The position numbers and the translations under genes were made by a program. DNA of 64,000 nt, taken from the NCBI GenBank assembly GCA_964016885.1, contig OZ024756.1, positions 13,392,001 through 13,456,000 of the forward strand, given 5' to 3'. The stretch comes from Eledone cirrhosa. Lineage: Eukaryota. Below the pieces are notes generated by a model, which saw nothing but the letters and a program-made list of their open reading frames with translations, was not told the DNA's origin and did no database searches. Positions 15,335 through 29,265 of the stretch are shown here, piece after piece (position 1 is the first letter of the stretch; each line of letters opens with the position of its first letter).

Positions 15335-16136
15335 CAGGGGAAGAAAGAGGAAAACTGCGTGGTTGCACATGGGTTACATATTATAAAATTAGTCCCTCAT
15401 CAGTGATTTGCCAACCATCATTGGTATTTCAACGCATTAAAAATCATTTTTCTTTTTATAATATATATATATATACTTCGTTACCGTTTAAGGTAATCCA
15501 GTTAGAGGTTTTGAGTATTCCGTATCTAGGATAGTTTTAACGTTCGGCGTTGTTTGATTCAACAAGAAGTTTCCTTAGTCGGGTGGCCGGTTTAACAAAG
15601 TTCCTAGGTGAGCGGTTCTTGGAGTAATAATAGTAAATGAGTGAAGAATAATATGGTCGGCTGTACAATAGGGTTTATTCAAAGTATTAACAATTGTTTC
15701 ATTAGTCCGGTGTGTCTAAAAATCGCTGATCGTTAGAAGAGGAGGACGAGTAGATAGTAACTAAATAGGTAGGTAGAGGGAGAGAGAAGACTGGACACAG
15801 CGAAACAGGATAAAATATGTGGAGAATAGGATTGGCTGTGTAGTTGGTAGATAAGGTTAGGCTTAAAAATGGAATGTTTTCTCTTTTCTTCCCTTTTTCC
15901 CTTTTCCCTTCTATTTTCCCTCTCTCCCCCCCCCCCCCTCCATTTTCCCAATAACTTACCTGGTTATTGAACGCTCTGGGAGTTGATATATTGTCTTTAA
16001 AGCGCTGAAATATCCGAAACCCCCAGTAGACAACTGACGAGGACCCCCCCCCCACCCCATTCTTGCTTTCTTCTTATTCTCATTCCATTTTTAAGCCTAC
16101 CTTAACTGACAACTACACAACCATCCTATTCTCCCT

Positions 16137-16186
<50 letters not shown>

Positions 16187-16363
16187 GAAAATGTAGAAAT
16201 TAATGTGAGCAAGAAGCCAACAGCATTTTATAATATATAAGTGACTATAACGTCAAAATGGAAAATAATTAACGTAAGATATGGGAAAATAATTCAAACT
16301 CAATTAAAAAAAAAATCAAGACAGATTTTATCCACAGATTTTGTGAAATCCAGGGAAAAAAAA

Positions 16364-16399
<36 letters not shown>

Positions 16400-16464
16400 G
16401 TGTGTGTGTTCATGTGTGTATATATGTGTGTGTGTACCTGCGTAGATGTATATTTTAAATAAAT

Positions 16465-16645
16465 AATTGTTTCTACTTTTGGCACAAAGCCAGCAATTAC
16501 CCAGTGCATTACTGGTACTTTATTTTATCGACCCCGTAAGGATGAAAGGCAAAGTCAACCTCGGCGGGATTTGAACTCAGATCGTAAAGGGACGTAACTA
16601 TGCTGGAAAGCATGGCGTCCGACCCTCTACCGATACTGCCATTTA
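16465..16645 (-). mobile_element. tRNA-derived SINE; same family at 37090-37197, 39905-39952, 45397-48540 and 49195-49460
   Basis: Minus strand: A-box-like tggcagtatcgg, B-box gagttcaaatcc, and tail gactttgcctttcatccttacggggtcgataaaataaagtaccag. Confidence 0.8.
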
Positions 16646-16826
16646 AATAAATAATCAAATAAATTTATATTCTAAAAAAGAAACAGTTGTTTTTTTTTAA
16701 ATTTCTATGATCAATGTTAATCAATTACATCTCTATACCCTAAATTGTGCCCCCCCCCACACTTAAGTTAGAAATCAATATTTCATATTACCAGTTAAGT
16801 GTGATATATTAATAACTCTAATGCTT

Positions 16827-16866
<40 letters not shown>

Positions 16867-17164
16867 GTCCCTTGATTTCTGTAGTCGTCAGGGCAAGGGG
16901 GGGGGGGGGGGGAGTCCTACTGCAGAAGCAGCCCACACTCAAAATAGTCTATCTATGGCGGCTGTCAACAGATCTGGTGACGTCATTTGCGATTGGCCAA
17001 CCTGCTTTTGCGTTGGCATCCCCTCCTGCGTCCACCTGCAACGGTGCCTTACCAAAGATTGACTGCCTTTTATCTCTCCTCTTTCAATGAATTGAATAGC
17101 CTCTGTCTATTGTTATTGCTTTGTGGCTTGAGATAGTCAGGGCTGGAATTGCTCCATCATGGCT

Positions 17165-17230
17165 GACTTGGTATTGACTTGGTATTGACTTGGTATTGAC
17201 TTGGTATTGACTTGGTACTGACTTGATATT
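17165..17230. repeat. 11-bp tandem repeat (gacttggtatt)n
   Basis: Direct, about 6 units. Confidence 0.9.
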
Positions 17231-18187
17231 GTCCTGGTGCTAAAAATACGCCAAATGAACAATAAAATGAACTCAAACTTGAATTTAGCTAAATTTGCTG
17301 AACAATTCTACCCTCTGTGTATCAACAGCACTGGAATCTGTTCTTCAGTTACATATTCTGAAGTATGAATGTCTTATTCAAGGCTACAGTCAATATTTCA
17401 GCTTCACTCTGATAGGTGGTGTCTGCTCCTGTGTAGAATCCACTCTTTCTATTTGATCCCTTATACATGGCGAATCTAGATAATACACATAGATCGAGGA
17501 AAGGCCTTCTCCATTCTGCCCGACGGGGCCGTGGGGCGGCCAGCAAGTGGGACCCCATTTGCTCATATAGAGAGAGATGGAGAGGGCAAAGAGTAATTGA
17601 GGCGACGACAGTGGGAGTTCGCTTCTTCTGTGTTCGTACATGGTGAGCAGCGTCAGTTGTCCGTAAGGATGTGGTGATTCAAGATTAACTTATAAAAGTT
17701 ATTTACCTTGATTTTGTATTTATGATAATTTAGTGATGTTGATTCCTTCTTTCTAGGGATTCCCTTACTGGAAGCTTAACGCGTCGTTCCCGGCGTGTAA
17801 ATCATACAGAGACTGAATTAGCACTTTAGTTAAACATTAGTTGACTGGGGCAATCGTTAATAATATGCGGTAGAGTGCTCCCAAAAGAGTGATTGGATTT
17901 GAAAAGTAGAAATAGAAAGAAAACAGAGCAGGTGGCGGCGGTAGTAGCAGTTAAACCTGAAAAGACTTGCACTGTGATTGGTAGCTGTCTATTGAAACTG
18001 ACAGCAGAACAGTAAATTTTCCAGCTCTGTGATCGTGAGGAAAGACACAAACAAGAGTCTTAAGATGCTAGTAAAGAGGTTGGTGCTTCCTGTTGAGAGA
18101 TGGTGTATGGATGGGTGGGTAGACGGACAGACGAATAAATGCATAGATAAACAGAAAAAAAAAAAAAATATATATATATATATGAAT

Positions 18188-18664
18188 GTATGTATAGTAT
18201 ATTTGGTAAAATACCGTATGTTTAATTAAAAACATTTTGAAGACCTTGCGCTATCATTTTAAAGTAGTGACTATGTCACTTCTTTTTTTTTTTGGCAAAG
18301 AAAGGGAGAGAAGCTGACAGATTCTGTTTCACACTATTGGTGATCCTCAGAGCAACGTACTCCCCGCCTCTACTGAAAATTATAGAGACTGGATTCTTAT
18401 AGAATTCCAGTAATAACCAGGAACTGATTATACAGAGCGGTCCAGCATTGCCGGTCCAGCAAAAATTAAAAATTAGGATTGGTGCTCTGAAATAGTGATG
18501 TATGTATAGTATATTTGGTAATATACCGTATGTTTAATTAAAAACATTTTGAAGACCTTGCGCTATCATTTTAAAGTAGTGACTATGTCACTTAGTTCTT
18601 TTTTCGGCAAAAGAGGGGGGAGAAGCTGACAGATTCTGTTTCACACTGTTGGTGTTCCTCAGAG

Positions 18665-18667
<3 letters not shown>
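18188..18667. repeat. Local direct duplication of ~165 bp (18188-18355 / 18500-18667)
   Basis: gtatgtatagtatatttggtaa..ataccgtatgtttaattaaaacattttgaagacc...cctcagagcaa occurs twice. Confidence 0.85.
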
Positions 18668-18761
<94 letters not shown>

Positions 18762-18817
18762 GGTTTAACTACTACTACCGCCGCCACCTGCTCTATTTAC
18801 TTTCTATTTCTACTTAG

Positions 18818-18938
18818 TGAAGGCGTGTGGCCGAGTGGTTAGAGAATTGGATTCCTAATCGTGAGGTTGTGAGTTCGATTCCCGGACCGGGCGATGCGTT
18901 ATGTCCTTGAGCAAGACACTTTATTTCACGTTGCTCCT
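18818..18938 (+). mobile_element. tRNA-derived SINE head with CORE-like segment
   Basis: A-box tggccgagtgg, B-box gagttcgattcc, then tgtccttgagcaagacactt. Homologous to 36226-36570 and 59478-59550. Confidence 0.8.
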
Positions 18939-19038
18939 TCTACCTGGAGTTGCGACCGATAGATAGTATTAGCAATTGGAAAGACCAACGGAAACATTGT
19001 TTCCTCGGTCCGATTTGACGAAAGTCGATCGACTGAAA

Positions 19039-19084
<46 letters not shown>

Positions 19085-19355
19085 AACGCATCAAACAATT
19101 ACAGGGGATAATGTGTAAAGAGTGTAACCACTCATAGTTACGGAGGTAACATACTCTAAAAATTAACAAGACCCTTGAATATAGATACCTTGCAATAATG
19201 ATTAATCTCCTTTGTATATATTCCATTGAAGAAATTTATTTCACCATTAATCGGTGAATCAAAGATGTCAAAGATGTCATAGATGTCACATCTTGAATCA
19301 TCAGCAAAGTAGAAGATTTTAACCATTTATGATTACACAGCGAAGCAAATCAGGA

Positions 19356-19424
<69 letters not shown>

Positions 19425-19431
<7 letters not shown>

Positions 19432-19640
19432 ATACTTTGGGAGGGTCATGTTGCCAATAAGAAACACACGCACCAGTTGCTTTCACTTCAATTTATTATA
19501 TATTTATAAATTTATAAATTTACAAATTTACAAACCTATAAATTTCTGGTTGGTTGGTTGGTTCCCAAAGTATAACAATATCGGTTTCAACACACGATTT
19601 CAGATAAAGAATCTTGCTAAACAAATTCAGAAACGAAATA
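19425..19640. mobile_element. Naiad-like PLE terminal fragment with internal inversion, inserted in (TA)n
   Basis: 19425-19565 matches 24963-25086 (minus sense). About 19563-19640 matches 28456-28532 (plus sense). Confidence 0.85.
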
Positions 19641-20019
19641 TATATATATATATATATAAATATAAATTTCGTATTTCTAAATAACACAGTATATTTACAG
19701 GTAAACATTTAGAAAGCTGTAGCTATGAAAAATAAAATAAAACTGGGACTAACGCTCTCTGGTGGTGTCCAGCAGAAGCAAGGGGGACAATCGTCGATGC
19801 ATTTCGAACTTAAGTGGTTCTCCTATGCCTATATATATATTTGTATGTATAAGCAAGTATTGTACTAACAAAAATAAAACGTCAGCATGAAGGAATTTGG
19901 GAATTTATTTGCATTAACATATGTTTCTGTGTCTACTATAATTGTCTACATATGTTGACTACAATATATATTGTTTAATCATATGTAATACTTAATTATT
20001 CATTACATTTCATCAGAAA

Positions 20020-20330
20020 GCCTATCATAGTGGAAGTGACTATTTGTTACTCGAAGACAGTATTGGAACAAAAGAAAATAACGTAGCCTGGTACATAAAA
20101 AATTGCACAGAACTGCTGTTGCTGGAAGTAAGAAGGTCAGGTCTGTGCAAAATAGAAGATTGTAAAGAAAAAAAAACACAGTACAAGCATTTAAAAATGG
20201 ATGAAACTGAAAGTAGATGGATAGAAAAAAGAATATATGGACAATTCCATAAAGATGTTGAAGAGGAAAACGATGGCTACGGGTGGCTAGAAATGATATA
20301 AAACCGGAAACTTCATACTAGTTAGGCAGC
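20020..20330 (+). mobile_element. Decayed fragment of an RLE-type (R4/Dong-like) LINE
   Basis: WIEKRIYGQFHKDV..GWL resembles the W..K.xHGQF..W.WL motif that precedes the CCHC-RLE region. Confidence 0.5.
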
Positions 20331-20334
20331 GGGA

Positions 20335-22707
20335 CAGGCAGATGGTGTCAAATACCAAGGCATACCCTGGGAAAGAATGTATAGGTTAGTTTTAGTGATA
20401 TCTCAGTAAGCAAGGGATGGAATGAGACATACAGGAAGGTGTGGAGAAGAAAGATCTGGAAGCTAAAAGACCTTTCACTAAAGTACAAATTTAGGAAAGC
20501 CCTTCAAGATGTGTATGACGAAAAAGAAGACGATTTAGAGACGTATGACATAGATAATAACTGGAATTTCTTATGTGACAAATTACTGCAGGCTACTGAT
20601 GAAACTTGTGGCTGGAGTAGAGCTCCAACCAGACAGAGAGAGACCTGGTGGTGGAACAGCACAATAGATAGGGCCATTAGACACAAAAGACTAGCATGGA
20701 AGGCTTGGAAAAATGGTGGGAGTAGAAAAGGATATACAGCCGCTAAGAGAGAAGCTAGACGTCAGGTGTACTTAGCACGCAGGGAGGCTGAGAGTAGGAG
20801 GTTTGCCAATGTTCTGCGACGGGAGGATCAGAGGCGTGCGGTGTTCCACATTGCAAGGCAGTGTGTCAATGCAAATCAGGATGTTGTTGGAGATAAATGT
20901 GTCCGGAATGATGCCGGTGTACTTAGTGTCACGAATGATCAGAAAAAGGAGCCTGGAAATGTCATTATGAGAGACTGATGAATGTGGAGAACGAATGGGA
21001 GAGAGAGAAATTACTCTCAGTAGATCCGACAGAGGGACCAGCTATTGAGAATGACGAATATAGGGTCCAAGAGGCGATTAAGGAAATGAAAAATGGTAAG
21101 GCTGTTGGACCATCGGGAATAGTTGCATCAGGGGACGTAGGCACTAAACTGGTTGCACACAATCAGGCTATATATGGTGGTGTCATACCCAAAGACTGGT
21201 GCAGCAGTATTCTCATAAATTGCCAGAAAGGTAAAGGGGATGCTCTGGAGAGGAGCAATTATAGGGGTATAAAACTGATGGATCAGGTTATGAAAGTGGC
21301 AGAAAGGATATTAACACAACTAATTAGAGAAAGGGTCAAACTAGATGAGATGCAGTTTGGTTTTGTGCCTGGGAAAAGTACAACAAATGCCCGCTTCTTG
21401 GTGAGACAATTAGAAGAGAGGTTCTTAGAGAAAAATAAGCCACTATACTTAGCCTTTGTTGACTTAGAGAAGGCCTTTGATAAGGTACCCCGATCTGTCA
21501 TCTGGTGGTCCCTAAGGAAACTAGGTGTTGAGGAATGGCTTGTGTGGACAGTGCAAACTTTGTACAGAGGTACTGTCAATAAAGTCAGGGTAGGAATGGA
21601 GTTTAGTGAGGAATTCCAGATACAAGTAGGTGTACATCAGGGTTTGGTCCTCAGCCCGCTATTGTTCATTATAGTCCTCCAAGCCATAACAGAGGAGTTT
21701 AAGACTGGCTGTCCATGGGAACTTCTCTATGCTGACGATCTGGTTCTTATAGCAGAATCAGTAGAGGAGCTAGAGAATAAATTCCGACTATGGAAACAGC
21801 AGTTGGAAGCAAGAGAGTGAACCTAGCTAAGACAAAAGTGTTGATGAGTAGAAAAGAGGACAAAACTCATGTTTGATATGCAGAAAGGAACTGGCATAAA
21901 TTCTATAAAATGCACACAATGCAGATCCTGGGTACACAAGAGATGTAGTGGGATAGCAGGCAAACTAGCAGGTAGGGAGAAATACGTATTCAGTAGATGT
22001 GCAGGGAAATTAGGCAGTAGAAGTCGCATTGATAGACACATTTTTCAAATGCAGGTGGGTGCTATAGAAGTGGTGGATAGCTTCCGGTACCTAGGAGATC
22101 AGATTAGCATGGGAGGAGGGGGGGGGGGGGGTTCCGAGGCCATAGTATCTAGAATAAGGACGGGTTGGAAGAAGTTTAGGGAGCTGCTTCCTCTGTTTAC
22201 GAAGAAGGGTTTCTCCCTGCGTACGAAAGGCCGGTTGTATGATGCCTGTGTGAGGAGCGCGATGATGCATGGTAGTGAGACATGGGCAGCAACTGCAGAG
22301 GTTATGCGACGGCTGGAGAGAAATGAGGCAAGCATGCTCCGTTGGATGTGCAGTGTAAATGTGCGTGAACGACCCAGCATGGATGTGTTAAGAGAGAAAC
22401 TGTGTCTGAGAGGGATAGAATGTAGTGTACGGGAGAGGAGACTGAGGTGGTATGGACATGCGATGCGCATGGAGGATGACCGATGGGTGAAGAAGTGCCA
22501 GGAAATGCCAGTTGATGGAAGATGTGGTAGAGGTAGACCACGAAAAACATGGGCGGAGGTGGTGAGAACAGACCTCAGATCGCTGAAGCTCACGGTGGAG
22601 ATGATGAAGGACCGGGACAAGTGGAGAGAGGCTCTGGTGAATAAGAGCCATCCCACCCTTGCAAGCAGGGATGAGCGGATGTAAAATGATGAGGATGATG
22701 ATGATGA

Positions 22708-22710
<3 letters not shown>
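20335..22710 (+). mobile_element. RTE LINE, 5'-truncated and frameshifted (linker, RT, PHD, thumb, (GAT)n tail)
   Basis: ETWWWN, KGKGD..NYRGIKL, QFGF, AFVDLEKAFD, GVHQG..LSPLLF, LLYADDL, FRYLG, GRPRKTW. The 3' end is gatgagcggatgtaaaatgatgaggatgatg. Confidence 0.93.
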
Positions 22711-22771
<61 letters not shown>

Positions 22772-23018
22772 GTATATATATATATATGTATAAATATAAG
22801 TATGTATACGTACATACATATATGTATACAGACGTACAGTAGTATGTATATATATATACATACATGCACATATATATATATATATATATATATATGTACG
22901 TATGGATTCACCGAACATTTATTATAATGCTCGGTGTGTTTGTAAACAAACATCCCGTATTAAGCCGTACAGTGTCTAGCATCCATCGTAGCTCGTTTGT
23001 TCAACACTGACAAAGGAA

Positions 23019-23059
23019 CGCTGTACTAGTTTCAAGCTTATTAGCTATCGTCAGCAACG
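23019..23059 (-). ncRNA. Minimal hammerhead ribozyme motif
   Basis: cgttg CTGACGA t-agct-aata-agct-t GAAA ctag TA cagcg; palindromic stem III, GUA site. Confidence 0.75.
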
Positions 23060-23364
23060 TATACCTTCCTGCCAGATGATTGAACGTCTGAAAGTATATA
23101 CTTTCCTTATGCATATTAACGGCTGAGCAGCCTAATTTGCATATCGAGTGGGTTAATCGGCCGGGTGTACCGAAAACGATAAACGGAAAAAATGAAACGA
23201 AATTTCATTTCCCATTCTTAGTACGGCTGTTACTTAAATATAAGTATGTATACGTACATACTTATATGTATACAGACGTATATGCAAATTAGGCTGCTCA
23301 GACGTTAATATGCATAAGGAAAGTATATACTTTCAGACGTTCAATCATCTGGCAGGAAGGTATA

Positions 23365-23405
23365 CGTTGCTGACGATAGCTAATACGCTTGAAACTAGTA
23401 CAGCG
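23365..23405 (+). ncRNA. Minimal hammerhead ribozyme motif (inverted copy)
   Basis: cgttg CTGACGA tagctaatacgctt GAAA ctag TA cagcg. Confidence 0.7.
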
Positions 23406-23690
23406 TTCCTTTGTCAGTGTTGAACAAACGAGCAACGATGGTTGCTAGACACTACGGCTTAATACGGGATGTTTGTTTACAAACACACCGAGCATTATAA
23501 TAAATGTTCGGTGAATCCATACGTACATATATATATGTGTGCATGTATGTATATATATATATATATATACATACTACTGTATGTCTGTATACATATGTGT
23601 ATGTACGTATACATACTTATATTTAAGTAACAGCCGCACTAAGAGTGGGAAATGAAATTTCGTTTCATTTTTCCGTTTATATATAAATAT

Positions 23691-23989
23691 GTATTTCGTT
23701 AAAAGATGTCTGGGAGAGACCGGTTTCTGACACACGTTCTTCCCACAGCTAAAAACTTTATTCTCACTGTTATCATCATCATCATCATCATTGTTTACAT
23801 CAACTTCATTGTAACCATCACTATTATCGCCAGTATTCTCAAGCACATCATCATCATCATTACTACCGGCGCCATATTCTTTGTACATAAAATATGACAA
23901 ATAGAATGTATAAATGTGTGTATATATGTATGTATATATGTATATATGTATGTATATATGTATATATGTATGTATATATGTATATATGC

Positions 23990-23990
<1 letters not shown>
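23691..23990. repeat. Outer inverted repeat; partner at 28770-29061
   Basis: gtatttcgttaaaagatgtctgggagagaccggtttc...acaaatagaatgtataaatgtgtg reappears reverse-complemented, with a few differences. Confidence 0.9.
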
Positions 23991-24085
<95 letters not shown>

Positions 24086-24105
24086 TATATGTATGTATAT
24101 ATGTA

Positions 24106-24200
<95 letters not shown>

Positions 24201-24224
24201 TATATGTATGCATATATGTATATT

Positions 24225-24271
<47 letters not shown>

Positions 24272-24295
24272 TATATGTATGTATATATGTATATT

Positions 24296-24346
<51 letters not shown>

Positions 24347-24885
24347 TATATGTATGTATATATGTATATTTGTGTATATATATATATATATATATAGGAA
24401 CGAGTAGGACCCCGACGGCTGAGCTCAAGCCGTTTCGACGGGTAATTGTGGACTAAATTTAGTCCAGAATTAGCCGTCGAAACGGCTTGAGCTCAGCCGT
24501 CGGGGTCCTAATCGTTCCTATGACCCACTCTACTACCTTAAGTATTGAGTACTTTGGTGCGTTATGGTCCATCTGGTTCCTTACCACATTTCCTTCGTTA
24601 TATATATATATATATAGAATATATATCTATTGGTGGTATACAAGCTCCTACATAAATTGGTATAATTTCACCCAAATTGTAGGAATCCTATAATGAAACG
24701 AGACGTCCGTCTGGGAAGAGATATATTAGATATGTCTGATTTGAAATAATACAGCCAATTTTCCACGCAATACTTTTAGTTAGCACCCCGAACACATAAT
24801 TGGGAATATAATCACTTATTTCCTAATGTTTGTTGAGTGAGTTGGAATTTGGCCGGAGTATCGCTAAAAGCTTTCTCCGATATTG

Positions 24886-24962
<77 letters not shown>

Positions 24963-24968
<6 letters not shown>

Positions 24969-26990
24969 ATACTTTGGGAGGGTCATGTTGCCAATAAGAA
25001 ACACACGCACCAGTTGCTTTCACTTCAATTTATTATATATTTATAAATTTACAAATTTATAAATTTCTGCTTGGTTGGTTGGTTCCACAACCAGATAGTT
25101 GTTTATATATAGTCATAGTTCTTTCGTCACACACTCTGTGACCTCTTCAGTGACTGGGGATTTCTTTCTTTGTTTCTGTGCCTTTCCTTTGTTCTGTCCT
25201 ACGCCATTTTGTTTCTGTGTGTGTGTTGTGTGCTCAGTCTGCGCATGCGCCACATCCGGGTGTCTGTGTGTGTTTATGTTCATTTATCTATTTGTTTATT
25301 TACATGTTACTGGTTGGTTGTTTGTTCTATGTGTGTGTGTGTTTTCATTTTGTCCTTAATTGTAAGTTGTGATGTTGCTGTTCCACTCATATTTTCTATT
25401 TAATTTTGGTTGTAATTCTTTTATGTTTATTGCCTCTGTAATTTGTCTAAACATTGCGTCTTTTCTGTGTGTAGATTCTATTTTTATTTCTATGTTCTCT
25501 AATTTACCCTTGTGTTCTATCTTAGCATGTTGGTAGAGTACAGATGATTCTTTATTATCTTGAAGGTCTCGCCAGTGTTCATTTATCCGTTCCCCTACAC
25601 TACGAGCTGTCTCACCTATGTACACTATATTTTTGTCTCTACATTGTCCTTCAGTACATCTTATGCTATACACTACATTTCTAGTTTTACAGTTAATATG
25701 GGGGCTTATTTTACAGGTTATACATTTCTTATCTATACATGAGGGTCTTTGAAAAGGGTATGTCTTGCTAATAAGTGTTTTTACGGAGGTACCTGGTCTT
25801 TCTACTATCTTAATATTGAGTTTATGTTTATTTAGGGCCCTTCTAAATTTGTAAGCTAGTTCGCCTCTAGGGGTTGTATCGATGAACATTACACTCTGGT
25901 ATTTATTGCTATCATACCATGAGTTTATTCTATTAGCCTTGTTCCTAGTTCTTTCTATTCTATTCCAAAATTTGCTCCTATACAAGGGGCAGGTCCCATT
26001 TATGTCATTATTTACCATTTTTTCCTATTTGGTTCTGGCTCCTCTATACACTCTGATTCTATCTCTCTGATTGTAGCCAGAGAACTGCATACGGTGGATG
26101 AAGTGTTGTATGTGTCTCTCTAGTTCTTCGGGGTTGCACATGCGGGACACATTTCTCATCACCCGTACCAAATCCGCAATCAGTATGTTGATTTTGGTAT
26201 GGTCCGAAATGGCCGAGTTTCGGTGGATCAGATGTTTGGAAGTCATGTGTTTGGCATAATGGGAATGGAAGATTTGTTTTTTGTTGTTAATGGTATCTAA
26301 CCAGAGCTCTGTGTCTAGTACAGGTAATCGATGGTTGGGGTGTTTACTTGGGTAGTCTATAGTAACTCTAATGCTCTGGTGGATGGAGTTTGCTATTTGC
26401 TGGATGCTTTCCATTGTGTTTTTCTCTAGTTCCTGACTGTTCTCTAGTGGGGGTGTCTTAACTACGATGTTTATATCATCTACGTAGCGGGAGTACATTA
26501 TCAGGGTTAAGGGGTCTTCTAATTGTTCTTTAAGTTTAAGTTTAAGTCTACTGTCCCACCATACCATGAATAAGTTAGCTATGTCACCTGCAATGCTAAT
26601 ACCAATGGCTGCTCCTTCCTCTAGGGCATATGTTTTTCCATTAAATTTGAACATATGTTCCTTAAGGGTTAGTTTTATGCTGGCCCCTACCGCATGTGCA
26701 ATCATTTTCTTCAGTTCATCGTGGTTTTCGGGTGTCCGTATGGCTCTGGTCCACCCGTTCCATCTATCTGTGTGGGTTTTCTTGGCCATTGAGGTAATGG
26801 TAGCTGGTCTGCCTCTTGCTGGTCTTGTAGGGCACAGGTTGCTAAGGTCATATGTGTGTAGGTAACTATTACTATAGGTAAGCTTAAGTAGGAGTCCCAG
26901 CTCACTGGTATCAATCCCACGGAACTCAACCTTGCTCTCACTGATCATTTCTACGCATTTCTCCACAGCAAAATCCACGTCAATAGATGG
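24963..26990 (-). mobile_element. Penelope-like element (Naiad-like), left arm: RT + GIY-YIG + pseudo-LTR, 5'-truncated
   Basis: ORF 26025..27029: GAAIG..IANLFMVWWD, YSRYVDD, LPVLD. ORF 25356..26018: C..KKCITC...C, VVYSIRC...YIGETARS, QITEAINI..P.LN. A TAG separates the two ORFs. Confidence 0.9.
25111..25155 (-). ncRNA. Hammerhead motif in the PLE pseudo-LTR (left arm)
   Basis: agtca CTGAAGA g gtcac-agagtgt-gtgac GAAA gaac TA tgact. Confidence 0.7.
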
Positions 26991-28532
26991 AAGAGAAAAA
27001 CACAATGGAAAGCATCCAGCAAATAGCAAACTCCATCCACCAGAGCATTAGAGTTACTATAGACTACCCAAGTAAACACCCCAACCATCGATTAGCTGTA
27101 CTAGACACAGAGCTCTGGTTAGATACCATTAACAACAAAAAACAAATCCTCCATTCCCATTATGCCAAACCCATGACTTCCAAACATCTGATTTCGGCCA
27201 TTTCGGACCATACCAAACTCGGCCATTTCGGACCATACCAAAATCAACATACTGATTGCGGATTTGGTACGGGTGATGAGAAATGTGTCCCGTATGTGCA
27301 ACCCCGAAGAACTAGAGAGACACATACAACACTTCATCCACCGTATGCAGTTCTCTGGCTACAATCAGAGAGATAGAATCAGAGTGTATAGAGGAGCCAG
27401 AACCAAATAGGAAAAAATGGTAAATAATGACATAAATGGGACCTGCCCCTTGTATAGGAGCAAATTTTGGAATAGAATAGAAAGAACTAGGAACAAGGCT
27501 AATAGAATAAACTCATGGTATGATAGCAATAAATACCAGAGTGTAATGTTCATCGATACAACCCCTAGAGGCGAACTAGCTTACAAATTTAGAAGGGCCC
27601 TAAATAAACATAAACTCAATATTAAGATAGTAGAAAGACCAGGTACCTCCGTAAAAACACTTATTAGCAAGACATACCCTTTTCAAAGACCCTCATGTAT
27701 AGATAAGAAATGTATAACCTGTAAAATAAGCCCCCATATTAACTGTAAAACTAGAAATGTAGTGTATAGCATAAGATGTACTGAAGGACAATGTAGAGAC
27801 AAAAATATAGTGTACATAGGTGAGACAGCTCGTAGTGTAGGGGAACGGATAAATGAACACTGGCGAGACCTTCAAGATAATAAAGAATCATCTGTACTCT
27901 ACCAACATGCTAAGATAGAACACAAGGGTAAATTAGAGAACATAGAAATAAAAATAGAATCTACACACAGAAAAGACGCAATGTTTAGACAAATTACAGA
28001 GGCAATAAACATAAAAGAATTACAACCAAAATTAAATAGAAAATATGAGTGGAACAGCAACATCACAACTTACAATTAAGGACAAAATGAAAACACACAC
28101 ACACATAGAACAAACAACCAACCAGTAACATGTAAATAAACAAATAGATAAATGAACATAAACACACACAGACACCCGGATGTGGCGCATGCGCAGACTG
28201 AGCACACAACACACACACAGAAACAAAATGGCGTAGGACAGAACAAAGGAAAGGCACAGAAACAAAGAAAGAAATCCCCAGTCACTGAAGAGGTCACAGA
28301 GTGTGTGACGAAAGAACTATGACTATATATAAACAACTATCTGGTTGTGGAACCAACCAACCAAGCAGAAATTTAAAAATTTGTAAATTTATAAATATAT
28401 AATAAATTGAAGTGAAAGAAACTGGTGCGTGTGTTTCTTATTGGCAACATGACCCTCCCAAAGTATAACAATATCGGTTTCAACACACGATTTCAGATAA
28501 AGAATCTTGCTAAACAAATTCAGAAACGAAAT
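26991..28532 (+). mobile_element. Penelope-like element (Naiad-like), right arm: RT C-terminus + GIY-YIG + pseudo-LTR
   Basis: ORF 27417..28079 has the same translation as 25356..26018. The arm starts at the EKNTMESIQQ region, has a small duplication/deletion near 27190-27240, and ends in (TA)n. Confidence 0.9.
28280..28324 (+). ncRNA. Hammerhead motif in the PLE pseudo-LTR (right arm)
   Basis: agtca CTGAAGA g gtcac-agagtgt-gtgac GAAA gaac TA tgact, about 200 nt after the GIY-YIG stop. Confidence 0.7.
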
Positions 28533-28582
28533 ATATATATATATATATATATGCCTATATATATACATGTATATATATACAA

Positions 28583-28784
<202 letters not shown>

Positions 28785-29265
28785 GCATATATACATATAT
28801 ACATTTATACATATATACATACATATATACACACATTTATACATTCTATTTGTCATATTTTATGTACAAAGAATATGGCGGCGGTAGTAATGATGATGAT
28901 GATGTGCTTGAGAATACTGGCGATAATAGTGATGGTTACAATGAAGTTGATGTAAACAATGATGATGATGATGATGATAACAGTGAGAATAAAGTTTTTA
29001 GCTGTGGGAAGAACGTGTTGTGTAAGAAACCGGTCTCTCCCAGACATCTTTTAACGAAATACAATAGTTTTCTGTCCATTCCTCCTACAGTGATAGAAAC
29101 CGTGTCGTAAGCAAATACAGTAGAATGTTCTTGTTTTCAGATTTCAATAAATTTTAACATCACCTTCGGCCTTCTGATTGGGTAAACAACACTTCCGTGT
29201 ATAAATGTAGATGATTACGTATATTAATAGAAATATATTCCCACAATAGATACAGATAGACAGTG

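Larger units (their letters stand above)
22790..23680. mobile_element. Non-coding fold-back element with long inverted arms (about 22850-23143 / 23280-23575), each arm carrying a hammerhead
   Basis: tacgtatggattcaccgaacatttattataatgctcgg...cagcctaatttgcata versus its reverse complement. 23185-23278 is inverted at 23578-23677. Confidence 0.8.

Noticed and set aside
18818-18895. tRNA genes here and at 36226 and 59478
   Set aside because: A and B boxes are present but I could not fold a cloverleaf, and they continue into a shared SINE body.
23574-24428. Acidic DDDD-rich ORF, and its mirror at 28649..29110
   Set aside because: It is (GAT)n plus (TA)n low-complexity sequence with no splice or domain support.
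25356-28079. Selenocysteine recoding as reported for some Naiad PLEs
   Set aside because: The interrupting stop is TAG, not TGA, at a probable Tyr codon, and the visible Cys positions are ordinary Cys codons.
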